Shown: positions 39,065-51,529 of the stretch, in pieces
Layout: every line of letters begins with the position of its first letter
Numbering within the stretch: position 1 is the stretch's first letter
From: the human T2T-CHM13v2.0 reference genome, Homo sapiens
NCBI RefSeq assembly: GCF_009914755.1
Contig: NC_060937.1
DNA length: 64,000 nucleotides
Reading direction: 5' to 3' (one strand)
Made by a program: the position numbers and the translations under genes
The notes under the pieces: generated by a model
The model's database searches: none
What the model was told of the DNA's origin: nothing
Seen by the model: the letters and a program-made list of their open reading frames with translations, nothing else

Positions 39065-39668
39065 AAAAAAATGTAATATGGTGTATTGGAAGGTGTTATG
39101 GACTGAAAGTTTGAGCCAAAAAATTCGTATGTTGAAATCCTCATCCTCAATGTGATGGACATTAGCAGGTGGGATCTCTGGGCAGAAATTATGCCATGAA
39201 GGTGGAGCCCTCATGAATGGGATTAGTGTTCTTACAAGAAGAGACTCAAGAGGGATGCTCTGTCTTTGTCTGCTGTCATGCAAGGGCAAATCAGAAAGCA
39301 GGCTCTCACCAGACACCAGATCTGCTGGCCCCTTGATTTGGAATATACCAGCCTCCATAACTGTTAAAAGGAAATTTGTTGAAGCCACTCAGTCTACAGT
39401 ATTTTTGTTATAGCAGCCCAAACTGACTAAGAGAGATGGGATCCTAAAACAAACAAACAAAAAGAACTTTAGATAAAAACTAAGGAAATCTGAAATAATA
39501 GTAACATGTCAATATTGGCTCATTACTGGACAAATATACCATACTTAATGTGTTAGCAATTGAAGACACTGTGTGTAGGGAGAGAGTATATCTAAGAACT
39601 TTCTGTACTATCTTTACAACTTTTCTGTAAATCAAAAACTATTTTAAAATAAAACTTTTATTAAAAAC
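39065..39668 (+). mobile_element. L1MC-type 3' UTR end, interrupted by MLT1A
   Basis: aaatgtaatatggtgtattgga | gggatcct...aaaaactaaggaaatctgaa...ctgtactatctttacaacttttctgtaaatc..aaataaaa. Confidence 0.75.
39094..39434 (+). mobile_element. MLT1A-type MaLR solo LTR
   Basis: tgttatggactgaa...ggtggagccctcatgaatgggattagtg...ttgttatagcagcccaaactgactaaga; near-TSD GAAGG/GATGG. Confidence 0.88.
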
Positions 39669-39827
39669 TGTAAGAATAGAATAAGTAGGGGAACTAGGAT
39701 GTGAAAGACAGAGATGATAAAGTATGATTTTAAAGGAAGTGTTGTGGGCAGAGTGAAAGGACTCCAGATTGTGTGTCTGTTTTTAGGGGAGAAAGCTTAC
39801 TGGAAGGTTCTGAGGCTTCCCTACAAG

Positions 39828-40324
39828 TGACCAAGACAACCTTAACATTCCCCTTAGCTTGACTCAATTTTAGATAAGCTTTTTCCTGACTATGGGCCCC
39901 AACCTCTTTTTATTTTAGAAAACTTTCAGTTGTAAATTCTTTCTGTGCCTCTTTGAGATGTAAATCTTCTACAACCTAGGAGTGCCTTTCTCAAAGACCT
40001 GGAAGCCATCCCTTTGAAATGTAATCATCAGGAAAGATAGGGCCTTACTTTTCCTGTCTCTATGGGAAAGTAGGAACCTGACTTCGTTAACATTTGGCAA
40101 ATAAAGATGACTCAATCACATAGACCACCCTCCCTGCTAATGTTCCACCTTTCCATTAGCTCAAAGCTGTGCTTAAAAATCTTCCCACCTTTTGTTTCAG
40201 TGGAGCTGAGCTTAATCTCTCTCTCCTATTACAATAGTTTGACTCCTCCCCTGTTGTAATAGTCTTAGTGAAGTCTTCCCTGCCTTTCGTAATAAGTATC
40301 CAGTGAAACTTTTCCTTTATATCA
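39828..40324 (+). mobile_element. ERV1 solo LTR (MER67/MER31-like)
   Basis: TG..CA ends; aacattccccttagcttgact..tttgagatgtaaatcttctacaac..ccctttgaaatgtaatcatc..ggagctgagcttaatctctctc. Confidence 0.7.
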
Positions 40325-40774
40325 GGATAAGATCCTGAATGAGGCTAAGAAAATGTGGCATAGCGTGGCCACATCAATGGGGTGGTGAACAGCTTTGAGG
40401 TAAAGGCTTTCGAGTTTGAGACTGCTTTCAGAGGACTGTAGGTAAACGTCGGAAAACTCATTTAAGATACTAAGAGACTATAAAATTTGGCCATCTTGTT
40501 GGGGATGAATTTTTTTTTTAAATGTATGTTTTCTCTAAGACATTTGGATCAGCATGCTTATGCTCTCCTGCTGAGCTATCTGATGAGATTTCTCTAGGAT
40601 TTGGCATGAAAGTTCAAATGAAATGATGCAGGATGTTTAGGTAAAATCCGGGACTTTCAATTCACAGACATTTCTGACACTATATTTCTGAGCTTTGTAA
40701 TTTAGGGACAACACAAACATAACTGTAATATAGTCGCAAGTTGTGTATCTCCCTTTGAAATTGTTTATGTCAAG

Positions 40775-40992
40775 AAGCCATAAAACTTAGATCTGTGGGC
40801 CAAATTGGCCCCTCCCTGTTTTGTAAATAAAGTTTTATTGGCATTCAGCCTTGCGTATTCATTTTCACACTGTCTATGGTGATTTTCCCTCTCCTGTGGC
40901 AGAGTTGAGTAGCTGCAAGAGAGATGGTATGGATCTCAAAATTTAAAATATTTATTATACGATCCTTTATTAAAGAAGCATGCCAACCCCTG
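40775..40992 (+). mobile_element. MER58A hAT DNA transposon
   Basis: tgtgggccaaattggccc..tgttttgtaaataaagttttattgg..ggcagagttgagtagctgc..tgccaacccctg. Confidence 0.85.
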
Positions 40993-41089
40993 GATTATAT
41001 TACCTGTTAGTTAAACTATATTAATACAATGTTTTCTTTCCAAGGGAAAATATATTTATAAATCAATATAATTCAATAAATACTCAGAA

Positions 41090-41340
41090 GCAGCATATTA
41101 TGGTGGTGAATAGTGTGGGTTGTGAAACCAGATATTGGCTGGCTTTGAAATTTGACTTTACCATGTACTATCTGAATGACAAGTCACCTTGCTAGTAACC
41201 TCTCTGTGCCTCAGTTTTCTCATCTGTAAAATGGAAATAAATCATTGAATTTTTAAGAGGATTAAATGAATTAGTAATGCAAGTACTCAGAACATTGGCA
41301 CATGGTCGGCATCATCTATGTATTAGCTATTATTATTAAT
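41090..41340 (+). mobile_element. MIR, near full length
   Basis: aacctctctgtgcctcagttttctcatctgtaaaatgg..aggattaaatga..tattagctattattatt. Confidence 0.85.
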
Positions 41341-41579
41341 AGTGGTACACCATGAAGATAGAAAAGATCTCTATTTTGTAAAGTGGGGTAAGAACCAACT
41401 TGGTAATTATTGCACAAGCATATACCCTGTTACATATAAGAGCAAAGGCTCAGAATATTCTGTCGGCACATGCTTATTATTTATCCATTTTATTTTCAGC
41501 ACTCTCCTACCTCTTTTTGACATTGTACTATTTTGTGACCCGTTTTAGCCGGGATTTTCTCAATTTTTTGATAACCAAT

Positions 41580-42465
41580 TGTATTAGTCTATTCTCACAC
41601 TGTTACAAAGAAATAACTGAGACTGGGTAATTTATAAAAAAAGAGATCTAATTGGCTGACAGTTCCACAGACTGTACAGGAAGCATAATGCTGGCATCTG
41701 CTTCTGGGGAGGCCTCAGGAAACTTACTATTATGGCAGAAGGTGAAGGGGAGGCACGCATGTCTTACATGCTGGAGTAGGAGGAAGAGAAAGAGATGGGG
41801 GAGGTGCTACATACTTTTAAACAACCAGATCTCATGATAACTCACTCACTGTATTAGTCAGGATTCTCTAGAGGGACAGAACACATAGGATAGATGTGTA
41901 TATAAAGGGGAGTTTATTAGGAAGTATTGACTCACATGATTACAAGGCGAGGTCCCATAATAGGCCATCTGCAAGCTGAGGAGCAAGGAAGCCAGCCAGT
42001 CCAAGTCTCCAAACCTCAAAAGTAGGAAAGCCAACAGTGCAGCCTTCAGTCTGTGGTTGGAGGTTCAGGAGTCCCAAAGCTGAAGAACCTGGAGTCTGAT
42101 GTTTGAGGGCAGGAAGCATCCAGCATGGGAGAATGATGTAGGCTGGAAGACTAAGCTAGTGTAGTTCTTCCACGTTCCTCTGTCTGCTTTTATCCTAGCT
42201 GTGCTGGCAGCTGATTAGATGGTGCCCACACAGATTAAGGGTGGGCCTGCCTCTCCCAGTCCACTGACTCAATCCAATCAAGTTGACACTCAATATTAAC
42301 CATCAAACTCACTATCATGAGAACAGCACCTAGGGAATGGTGCTAACCCATTCATGAGAACTCCACCCCCATGATCCAATCATCTCCCACCAGGCCCCAC
42401 CTCCAACATTGGGGATTACAATTTGACATGAGATTTGGGTGAGGACGCAGATCCAAACTATGTCA
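41580..42465 (-). mobile_element. MSTA/MSTB solo LTR, interrupted by MLT2A
   Basis: tgtattagtctattctcacactg..tggggaggcctcaggaaactt..aaacaaccagatctc | ccccacctccaacattggggattac..atccaaactatgtca; TSD CCAAT at 41575-41579 and 42466-42470. Confidence 0.92.
41850..42307 (-). mobile_element. MLT2A (HERVL) solo LTR nested in MST
   Basis: tgtattagtcaggattctctagagggacagaac..gctggcagctgattagatggtgcccac..caagttgacactcaatattaaccatca; TSD CTCAC at 41845-41849 and 42308-42312. Confidence 0.92.
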
Positions 42466-42547
42466 CCAATGTCAGATCTGTGTTTGTGGAAAAACTTGCA
42501 ACATTTAAAGAAATAAATTACTAATGGTGGAATTTCATGCATAATGG

Positions 42548-43078
42548 TGAGAGGTGAAGCCAGCTGGACTTTCTGGGTTGAGTGGTGACTTGAAGGACTT
42601 TTGTGTCTAGCTAAAGGATTGTAAATACATCAATCAGCACTCTGTAAAAACGCATCAATCAGCACTCTCTGTCTAGCTAAAAGATTATAAACCCACCAAT
42701 CAGCACTCTATAAAATGGACCAATCAGCAGGACATGGGTGGGGACAAATAAGGGAATAAAAGCTGGCCACCCCAGCCAGCAGTGGCAACCCGTTCGGGTC
42801 CCCTTCCATGCTGTGGAAGCTTTGTGCTGTTGCTCTTCATAATAAATCTTGCTGCTACTTACTCTTTGGGTCCGTGCCATTTTTAAGAGCTGTAACACTC
42901 ACAGCGAGGGTCTGCAGCTTCATTCCTGAAGTCAGCAAGACCATGAACCTACCGGGAGGAACAAACAACTCTGGACACACCACCTTTAAGAGCTGTAACA
43001 CTCACCACGAGGTCTGCGGCTTCATTCTTGAAGTCAGCGAGACCAAGAACCCACGAGAAGGAATAAATTCCAGACACA
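42548..43078 (+). mobile_element. LTR12 (LTR12F-like, ERV9) solo LTR
   Basis: TGAGAGGTGAAGCCAGCTGG start, (C/T)CAATCAGC repeats, duplicated aagagctgtaacactcac units, ends agacaca; TSD ATGG at 42544-42547 and 43079-43082. Confidence 0.94.
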
Positions 43079-43319
43079 ATGGTGGTACTGGGGAAGATAT
43101 AGATGCTCCTGTTTTTCCCTTTCAAATTATGGTAGATTCCTAAAGTTTATATTTTGGTTCAAGCTCATTTGGTGGCATTCTCAATCGCCATCTCTTCTTT
43201 TTGCTCTGTCTGCTAACTCCCCTAGCTTGTAGTAAGGTGTCCTGAATTCAAGTCGAACTTGTTTCCTCAGCTATAAATAGGGATGAAGCTGCTCTGCCCA
43301 ATTCACTGCGGGGTGACTG

Positions 43320-43785
43320 AAATTCAAGCTTTTCCATAGCTTACAGGCCTGATGTAACATACTCTCTAGTCTCATTTCTGACCCTCTCCTTGCTTGATTC
43401 TCATCACAGTGCTTTCAGGCAATGGAGTTTCAGCCTCAGGGCTTTTGGACTTGCTATTGTTTCTGTCTGGAAGGCTCTTCTCCCAAATTCTTTCTTCTTT
43501 TGGGTCTCTGCTTTGTTGTCCATTCCCCAAAAAGAACTTCCTTGACCATCTTATTTAAATGATCACTGTTTATCATATTGCAACCTCTTATCCTGCTTTT
43601 TTTTTTCCACAGTGCTTGCTATTACTGATCTTTTATATTTCTTCATTGTTGTCTGCTTCCTCTCTAGAATTTCAGCACCATGAGGATAAGATTTTGTCTA
43701 TTTCAGTCATTGCTGTATTCCTAACACTGAGAACTGACTGACACATGGCAGGTATTTAATTTAAAGGCATTGAATAAATGAAAGG
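43320..43785 (+). mobile_element. L2 3' region
   Basis: cctcagggcttttggacttgct..tctggaaggctctt..ctagaatttcagcaccatgagg..ttgaataaatga. Confidence 0.75.
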
Positions 43786-45529
43786 ACATGAGAGTTTGCA
43801 TATTAACTTGCTCGAAAATCACAAAGTTGGAAGGCAATTTAGGAGATGTGGCTGAAGAACTTTTGCTTTTTCTATTTCTTGCTCCTGTGGCTGCCAAAAC
43901 ATTCCTTCTGTCTTTCCCTACAAACCTTTTTTCTTGCTGGACTCCCTTTATTGGTGCCCGGCTTCCTTTCATCAACTTTCTCTCACCAGCTTTCCATCTA
44001 ATTTCCAATCTCATCTGAAATCTCATTGTTTCCCTCTTACTTCTTAATCTCCTCCCTCTCAGTACTCTGTAACTCTATCACCGAGAGTACATCAATGCAT
44101 CAGAGAGAAGAGCTGTTCTGGAAGTATGAGACAGTAAGACAATTAAGCAATGGATAAAGGACTTAAAAAGTCACAGCATCTTGTGAGCTATTATTAATTT
44201 AGGAACGATCAAATCAGTCCAAACTGCATGAATTCTGTAATGGCTTTGGAGAGCAGAGTATCTGGCAAACACTAGAAAAGACTGTACATGATTTGAAATG
44301 GGGTACTCCCTTTGGATAATTCTTCCAAATCATTTCTGACAAATATATCAAGACAAGATGAGGAGAGAAACGCTGGTGGGAAGAGATCCACAATCTCTAT
44401 TCCAATTCTCCCTGATCCCTGGTTCTCTCCTCCTCCTCCCCCACTCTGATGCTACAGAATATGGAGCAGGGATGTCTTCTGTCATTCAGACCTTGGCCTC
44501 AGGGACCACGTTGATCCTCCTAATGTGAATTCTTCTGATTTTAAATTAAGACATTTCAAAGAATCCTTTAATAGGAACTCAGGAAACAAACGTCCATGAC
44601 AGCAGCAATAATCAAGCAACAAAAAGAAACAAATGAACTAAGACAGGTCTGGAAGTTGGATGGATAGACCAGCTGAGGTTTTTTTGCTATCAAGTAGGAA
44701 GAACATAATAAGACTGATATCTTGCTTCTCAGCACCAGGATTTCCAAGCATTTGGGGGAACAAGTGCACTACCTAGTCTCTCAAGTGATGTATCAGAGGA
44801 AGAAGGAATTTACATTAGTGGAGAGAGAATTAAAAACATGAGATTGGTCTGCAGTTGATGAATGGTTGATTTTGTGTATAACCAGGGAACATCCCTCAAG
44901 TTGTCTGCAGTCCCGGCAACTTGAAGATACATGTCAGGCTCCTAAGGAGAGCAGCAGCAATCAGAAGCAAGCCTACCTTCAGGGCTTGGAAGAACCAAGA
45001 ACCTAGCTCCCCTCTGCTCTAGAGCTTTGCAGCAGAGGATAATGCATTTTCGTGGCATAGGAGTGATGGGATGGGTGTGGAGGTGACTCACTTCACCTCC
45101 AGAATTCTCCAGCAATTAGGAGAAGGCTAACACTAGAAACATCAGAAAATGTTGGTGCCATGTGGTCATATCTAGAGGGGCAGAGATCACTGCAGTGCTA
45201 CTTAGCCCACACAGGTAAGGAGCCTGTCTTAGAAGATTATCAGAAACTGGCTGAAAAAGGTTTACAGGAGCTGGACCTTTTCACTTGCCCCCAATAAAGA
45301 TAGATTTATTGCTTCTTTTTTATTCCTGGGGATCATTTACATTTTTCAGGTTTGTCTTGGGGAAATGAGGGATGGACAGAGAAGCTATTTGGTTTACAGA
45401 CAAGCCTCATTTCATCACCTTCAGTCTGTCCTGGACTTTGTCCACTACCCTTTGGCCTGTGACACAGGGGCCATCCCTAGAACCCCAGGCATTGCTTAAG
45501 AACTTGTTACTATGTGTCAAGCACTTGGC

Positions 45530-45953
45530 TCTTTCCTTTTCTTTTTTATTTTTTCTCCCCTTCCCTTCCCTTCCCTTCCCTTCCCTTCCCTTCCCTTCCC
45601 TTCCCTTCCCTTCCCTTCCCTTCCCTTCCCTTCCTTCCCTTCCCTTCCCTCTTCTCTTCTCTTTTGACAGAGTTTCACTCTGTTGCCAAGGCTGGAGTGC
45701 TAGAGTGTTGTGGCATGGTCATGGCTCACTACAGTCTTGACCTCCTGGACTCAAGTGATCCTCCTGCCTCAGCCTCCCGAGTAGTTGAGACTACAGATGT
45801 TCTCCACCATACCTGACTACTTTTTGTAATTTTTGTAGAGATGGGGTATCACTATGTTGTCCAAGCTAGTTCCAAACTCCTGGGCTCAGGCAATCCTCCT
45901 GCCTTGTCCTCCCAAAGTGATGGGATTATGGGCACAAGCCCCTGTACCTGGCC
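45530..45953 (-). mobile_element. AluJ (Jo/Jr-like) with expanded microsatellite tail
   Basis: catggctcactacagtcttgacctcctggactcaagtgatcc..ctcctgggctcaggcaatcctcc. Confidence 0.9.
45558..45650. repeat. (CCCTT)n pentanucleotide microsatellite
   Basis: About 15 perfect CCCTT units plus degenerate flanking units. Confidence 0.95.
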
Positions 45954-47929
45954 TGCTTTTCTAATTTACTTAATCCTTCCAAAATTCCAGGAGGTAGAAA
46001 TAATTATGATCCCAATTTCATTTGCCCAAGTTCACAGAGATTGCAAGATGCAGATGTATGAACTTAGTCCTGTCTGTCCGACTATAAAACCCAAGCATTT
46101 AACTTCTATCCTATACAGGTCTTTTGAGTGGCTACAAATAAAAGCACTTAATACAGGGTTTAGCCCATGTAGATACTCAAAAATGTTAAGGGGACTTAAA
46201 AATATATATATACATCTTTTATGAGACTGGCCCACATGATTAAAGCCTTAAAAGTAGGTTTTCAACAGCCTTCTAGAAAACAACCACTTATGTGGAAGCT
46301 AGGGAAATGTTTGAGGTCAAACAGCTATCGGCGTGGTTTGAATTCATGTTCTTGAGTTAAAAGCAGTTATTCTCCTGTGTCAGCAAGTCCAGAAACCAGA
46401 GATATTGGCAGAGTTGGCGGTGTAGGAAATAAGTATGAATTTAATCAAGTTTTAAAAAAATCTCTATGTAAGCTAACTGTAAGCCAACCAGATCTCTCGG
46501 GGCATGCTTCTATGCCCACCTCTCTTTGCCCTCCCATAAGCTCTTCAGAACCCCGGCTACTCTCTCCTACAAGCCTGCCTTCCTGACTTCTGCCTGTCAT
46601 CTTAGATCCTCCCTGACCACAAGCCTCTGGCCAGAGAGGGAAGGTAGGCACCACCTTGCCTACTCAAGTCTTTCAGGTAGAGTTTTTGCTATTAGCTGTC
46701 TCCTCTTCAATAAAAAAGCCAAAGTTTATAAAAGACTTGCTTGATTTTCAGGATGTGAATCCACTTAGCCTCTTTCCTGAGTGAGAAAAGTTGTGAAGGT
46801 TGCGAGGAAACTTGTTTTACCTCAAACTCTCAGGGCTACCCAAAAGTCAGTTAAAGCTAGCAAAGGCAATTACTTTTTCAACAGCTGAGCAAGGTTCCTT
46901 AAGTTCCTTGAGTCTTTTGGGGTGGAGGCAGGGAAAGGTGTTGGTCAGCTAGGGGACTGCTGGATGCTGTGCTGGCTTCTGTCCTTCTTTAGGTACCCGT
47001 TCTGCCTAGAGGATTGTTTTGAATAAGCAAGATGAGATTATTACATTCTTTCTCCTCGGGCAGGGCTACTGATTCCCCAGCCCCTTTAATTTTAGATTCC
47101 CTGGGTGTGCTTGGAGCAATTACAAGTTAAAAAAAACACCCTGGGCTCCTGTGCTAATAAATTACACAGTGCTCACCTAATTAATAAGTTAACAGTGCCC
47201 TGCCAAATTATAATCATAAGGTATCAACCATTGAAACAATTCATTCTTGAAGAACAGCAAATGGAACTGAACTCAGCACAATAGGGAAGCATATCATGGG
47301 ACAAAAGTCAGGCACGCCGAGTCCTGACAGGGGTGATGGAGTGCAGAGGCTAATGTTTCCAGCAGTGGCCTGGGAATTAATGACTCTGAGCCTTTCCAAG
47401 GATCACAGTGGTTTGGATAATATTGGGCAAATCATTTAGGGATTCTAAGTCCAGAAGAAACAATCTCATCATTTTTGAAACAGTCCTACTAAATGCTGAT
47501 AATTTTGGGGGAATGTTGGGAGAGACTTGTGCCATGCCATGATACATTTAGCAGAACAGTGACCAATACGTAAGGGGAAATGAGGCTATCTCCTTAAAAT
47601 GTTTACCCCAGTAGGTCCTGGTGATTTGGAAAGGTACCATCAGGCAACCCTGTGGGAATATTGTTTTGCTGTGAAGCCCTCACACTGATGCATTGTGGAT
47701 AATAGCAAGATTACAGCTTTCTGTGTTCTTAAAACTTCCAGTGGCTCTCCATCAGTCCAGAGGGGAGGCTGTGAAGATTGTTGTTTGATTGTGACATTTC
47801 TGTGTGGAGACTTAGTAATGATGATTGTAGATCACAAAGTCTGCTCCAGAGGCTGCATGTCCTGGAAGGTACCTATCCAAACATTCATGCATTGAGAAGC
47901 CCAACTCCATTTTAGATTTCTGCAGATGA

Positions 47930-48249
<320 letters not shown>

Positions 48250-48894
48250 GAGGTTTCACTATTTTTAAGGAGAATTCAGTTGTTAAATGATTGCCTTACA
48301 GGGGAAAGGCAATGACTGCACTATGTTTCTCATTCCATATAGGTTACTTACTTTTATACATATTATTTTCTAACTTCCCCTGCTGACCCACATTTGCTTT
48401 CTCATCCTCAGTCTCTGTGGTTTCCTTGTGTGTTACACTTTGTAGTTTATGTTGGATCTTAAGGAACTCTCAAGGCATGCTGTCATCACAAGGAGCCCCC
48501 TGGGACACACTCTATTCATAACCAGATCTCCCATGAACAACATAGAATGCCAGATCATAACCCATGCTAGGGAGAATGGATGAGGAGTTGATGTTTGCTG
48601 AAAATGGGACTCCAGGAATCTTTGACCAGCTCTGCATACCTCTTTCAGAGCTTCAAAGGGGACAGTTATCTTGTGGCTACTTCAAAAAAATCACAGTCTC
48701 CTGGTGACTTAGGCTGGATCACTCAGAGCCACAAGGACTCCCCTCACCTAGTACTAGTGGGTCTAAAGTATAAGTAGGATGCAGTGTACCTCTTGAGGAA
48801 GTCTCAAAATATAAGCACTGGCAAGTCATAGGGAAAGCACATTAAGGAAAAGAAAGGAACTTAGAATGGTCACTCCACTGCCTGAAATAGAGCC

Positions 48895-49360
48895 TGCCTA
48901 AGGATTGAATTATGTCTCCTAAAAATAAACATGCTGAAGTCCTACACTAACTCCCAGTACCTATGAATTTGACCTTATTTGGACATAGGGTCACTGCAGA
49001 TGTAATCATTTAAGATAAAGTCATTAGGGTGGGCTCTAGTTCAATATGACTGATATCCTTATAAAAAGTAGAAATTTGGACACACACATGCACACAGGGA
49101 GAAAACCACATGAAAAAAAAAAGCCGGAGATCAGGGTGATGCTTTTACAATCCAAGGAACACTAATGACTGTCAGCAAACCATCAGAAGCTAGGAGAGAG
49201 GCATGGAACAGATTCTTCCTCACAGCCCTGAGAAGAAACCAACCCTGCCAGCACTTTGATCTTGGACTTCTGGCTTCCAGAACTGTGAGACCATTAATTT
49301 CTGTTCCTTAAGCTACCCAGTTTGTTGCACTTTGTTACAGCAGCCCTAGAAAACTAAAGC
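48895..49360 (+). mobile_element. MLT1C-type MaLR solo LTR
   Basis: gaccttatttggacataggg..gcagatgtaat..cagaagctaggagagaggcatggaacagattct..ttgttacagcagccctagaaaactaa. Confidence 0.88.
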
Positions 49361-51529
49361 AGGTACCAATGCCAAACCCTTCTGTAAAAGTGGGACAATA
49401 AAGACCCCCTACTCCAGAGTTGTTTTGAAGGATAAAGTCAAATACTTAGCACAGTTCATGACACACATTTGAAGCTGAATACATTTGGCTGTTGTGATTA
49501 CCCAATTATTATACCTATCATTATATCTGTCTGAATATACTCCACCTTCTCTGATTCTAAACACAGTTAGATTGTGAAGTTCTGAAGCTGGTTGAAAGCT
49601 AACTCCCGCAACTGTGCAGAATGATTCATAGGTTTACAAATCTAAGTTTTAATTTCAGAGCTGAGTTAAGGAGATCTGAGCCTGCCTTTGTGCCACTGTA
49701 GAATGGCAGGAATGTAATGCAGTGTAATACATATCCACTGGGAGATGGCGTGAGAGTCGCCTCCCATAACTTAATCTTTAAAGCTACTTATGGAAGGTTT
49801 TTGTTGAAACAGACAGAGTTTCTGCAATTAAATTACCATACATTAAAAAGGTTTCATTATGGCGTGATTCTATTATTAAAATCGGCAGCAAATAGCAGTG
49901 TGGGCTGCCTGGCTTGCATTACTGACACCAGCATTCTTTTTAATGGGTGAAAGAATATTAACCTTCAGGAAGCTCTAAAATAACCCTTTCTCAAAAATAT
50001 GCAAATGGTAAGTTGTGCTCCACAACTCGTTGAAAGTGCAGGATATCCACTGAGAAGACCGATCTTGTCAATTTACATGGCAGGCTATTGGCTTCTAGAA
50101 CATCCACTCCTTTGAGGGAGGGAGAGAGGCAGAAGCTGGGAGTTCAAAGCTGCTGGGATTAGTGACGCTTTGATGCTGTCCTAACACCGTAAATGATGGC
50201 TGGTCTAGACCTGTCATCTCTATAAACCTCGATCAGCCAGCTTCCCTATCTCAAATAAGGCATTCATCTTTCAAAAGATTGCTCAGACTCCAGTGGAACT
50301 TAGTAGACCCAGACAAATAAAGTGCCTTCTTAGGGGCTTGTCATAATTCTCACTGTGCAACCCTTTTTATGGTTACCAGGAGCTGTTTTTTGTGGTCTTC
50401 AGTTGCCAATTTAAGACAGTCTGGACTTAGAGATGCTTAAATAAATACTAACCCAAATGTGAAGTCTGATTTTCTGAAAGCAGTGGCCTTATTGGACTAA
50501 ACTGACCTTTCCTTATGGGTTTCTATTTTGAGGTTTTCGTCTACTACAATCCACTGGAAAAAACCTTCCAAAACTTTTCAAATCTGGTTTATTTTTCACT
50601 TTCTATTTGAAAAAGTAGCTGTTGGGAATAATAACTGAAATAAAATTATATCAGACAAATGGTTGTTTCCAACCAATGTGCCAGAGGAAATAATCAATAG
50701 CTCTAGTGTTGGAAAATCAAATATGTTGACATTAATATTGCTATTGCTTTTCTCTTCCCACTAACATTTTAGATTGTCCCTCTAAAGCATTTATTGTTCA
50801 AGGTTAGCAATCTTATTTCAGATGTGTCTTCGTAATTCAGCACTCATATTTTATAAGCTGCTAATTGTTGTCTCTTGCATATGGTATATAATTTCATTAG
50901 AGGTTGTTTATTTGCATATGCATGTATTTTTTCTCCTCAATAATAGAAGGTCAGTGTATTTTAATGTATTAATCTGTTTCTGTTTGCATATGTATATTTT
51001 TCTCTTCTTACTAATAGGCTGTCACTGCATTTTTATATATTTACATATTTTATGGTGATGTTTGCTATTAGTTAAAATGTACACGTTTTATTTTCTCAGC
51101 ATAACTTATTTCTATGCATTTAATATATAAAAATTTACTCATGAAACAAACAGCCAAAAAGCACTAGCAAATATCCAACCGAACGACTCATGATACTAGC
51201 CCACAACCATCAGCAATGCTAGTCTCCATTGTGAGATTCTCAGCTATCGCAGTGGTTACAATCCTTGGTTGTAGTCATTGTTTTCATGGGCTTAGCATTT
51301 TCTTCACTCATGGCAATATTATCACATGTCCTTTTGATGATGCTTGGCACAGCCTATGTCAGTGATATGTTCACTTACGTGAAAAGGTCCATAGGCTCAC
51401 ATTTTTTTGATCCAGTGGTAAGAGTCTTTCAATTTAAATAAAAATATGTCTTATATTTCAGGCACATCAAATCTGATTATAAAATATGATCTTGTGTTCT
51501 CCCACCCTATGCCTGTCTCCCCACTTGCA

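Noticed and set aside
45372-45816. ORFs with PFPSL repeats
   Set aside because: Translation of the (CCCTT)n microsatellite and Alu.
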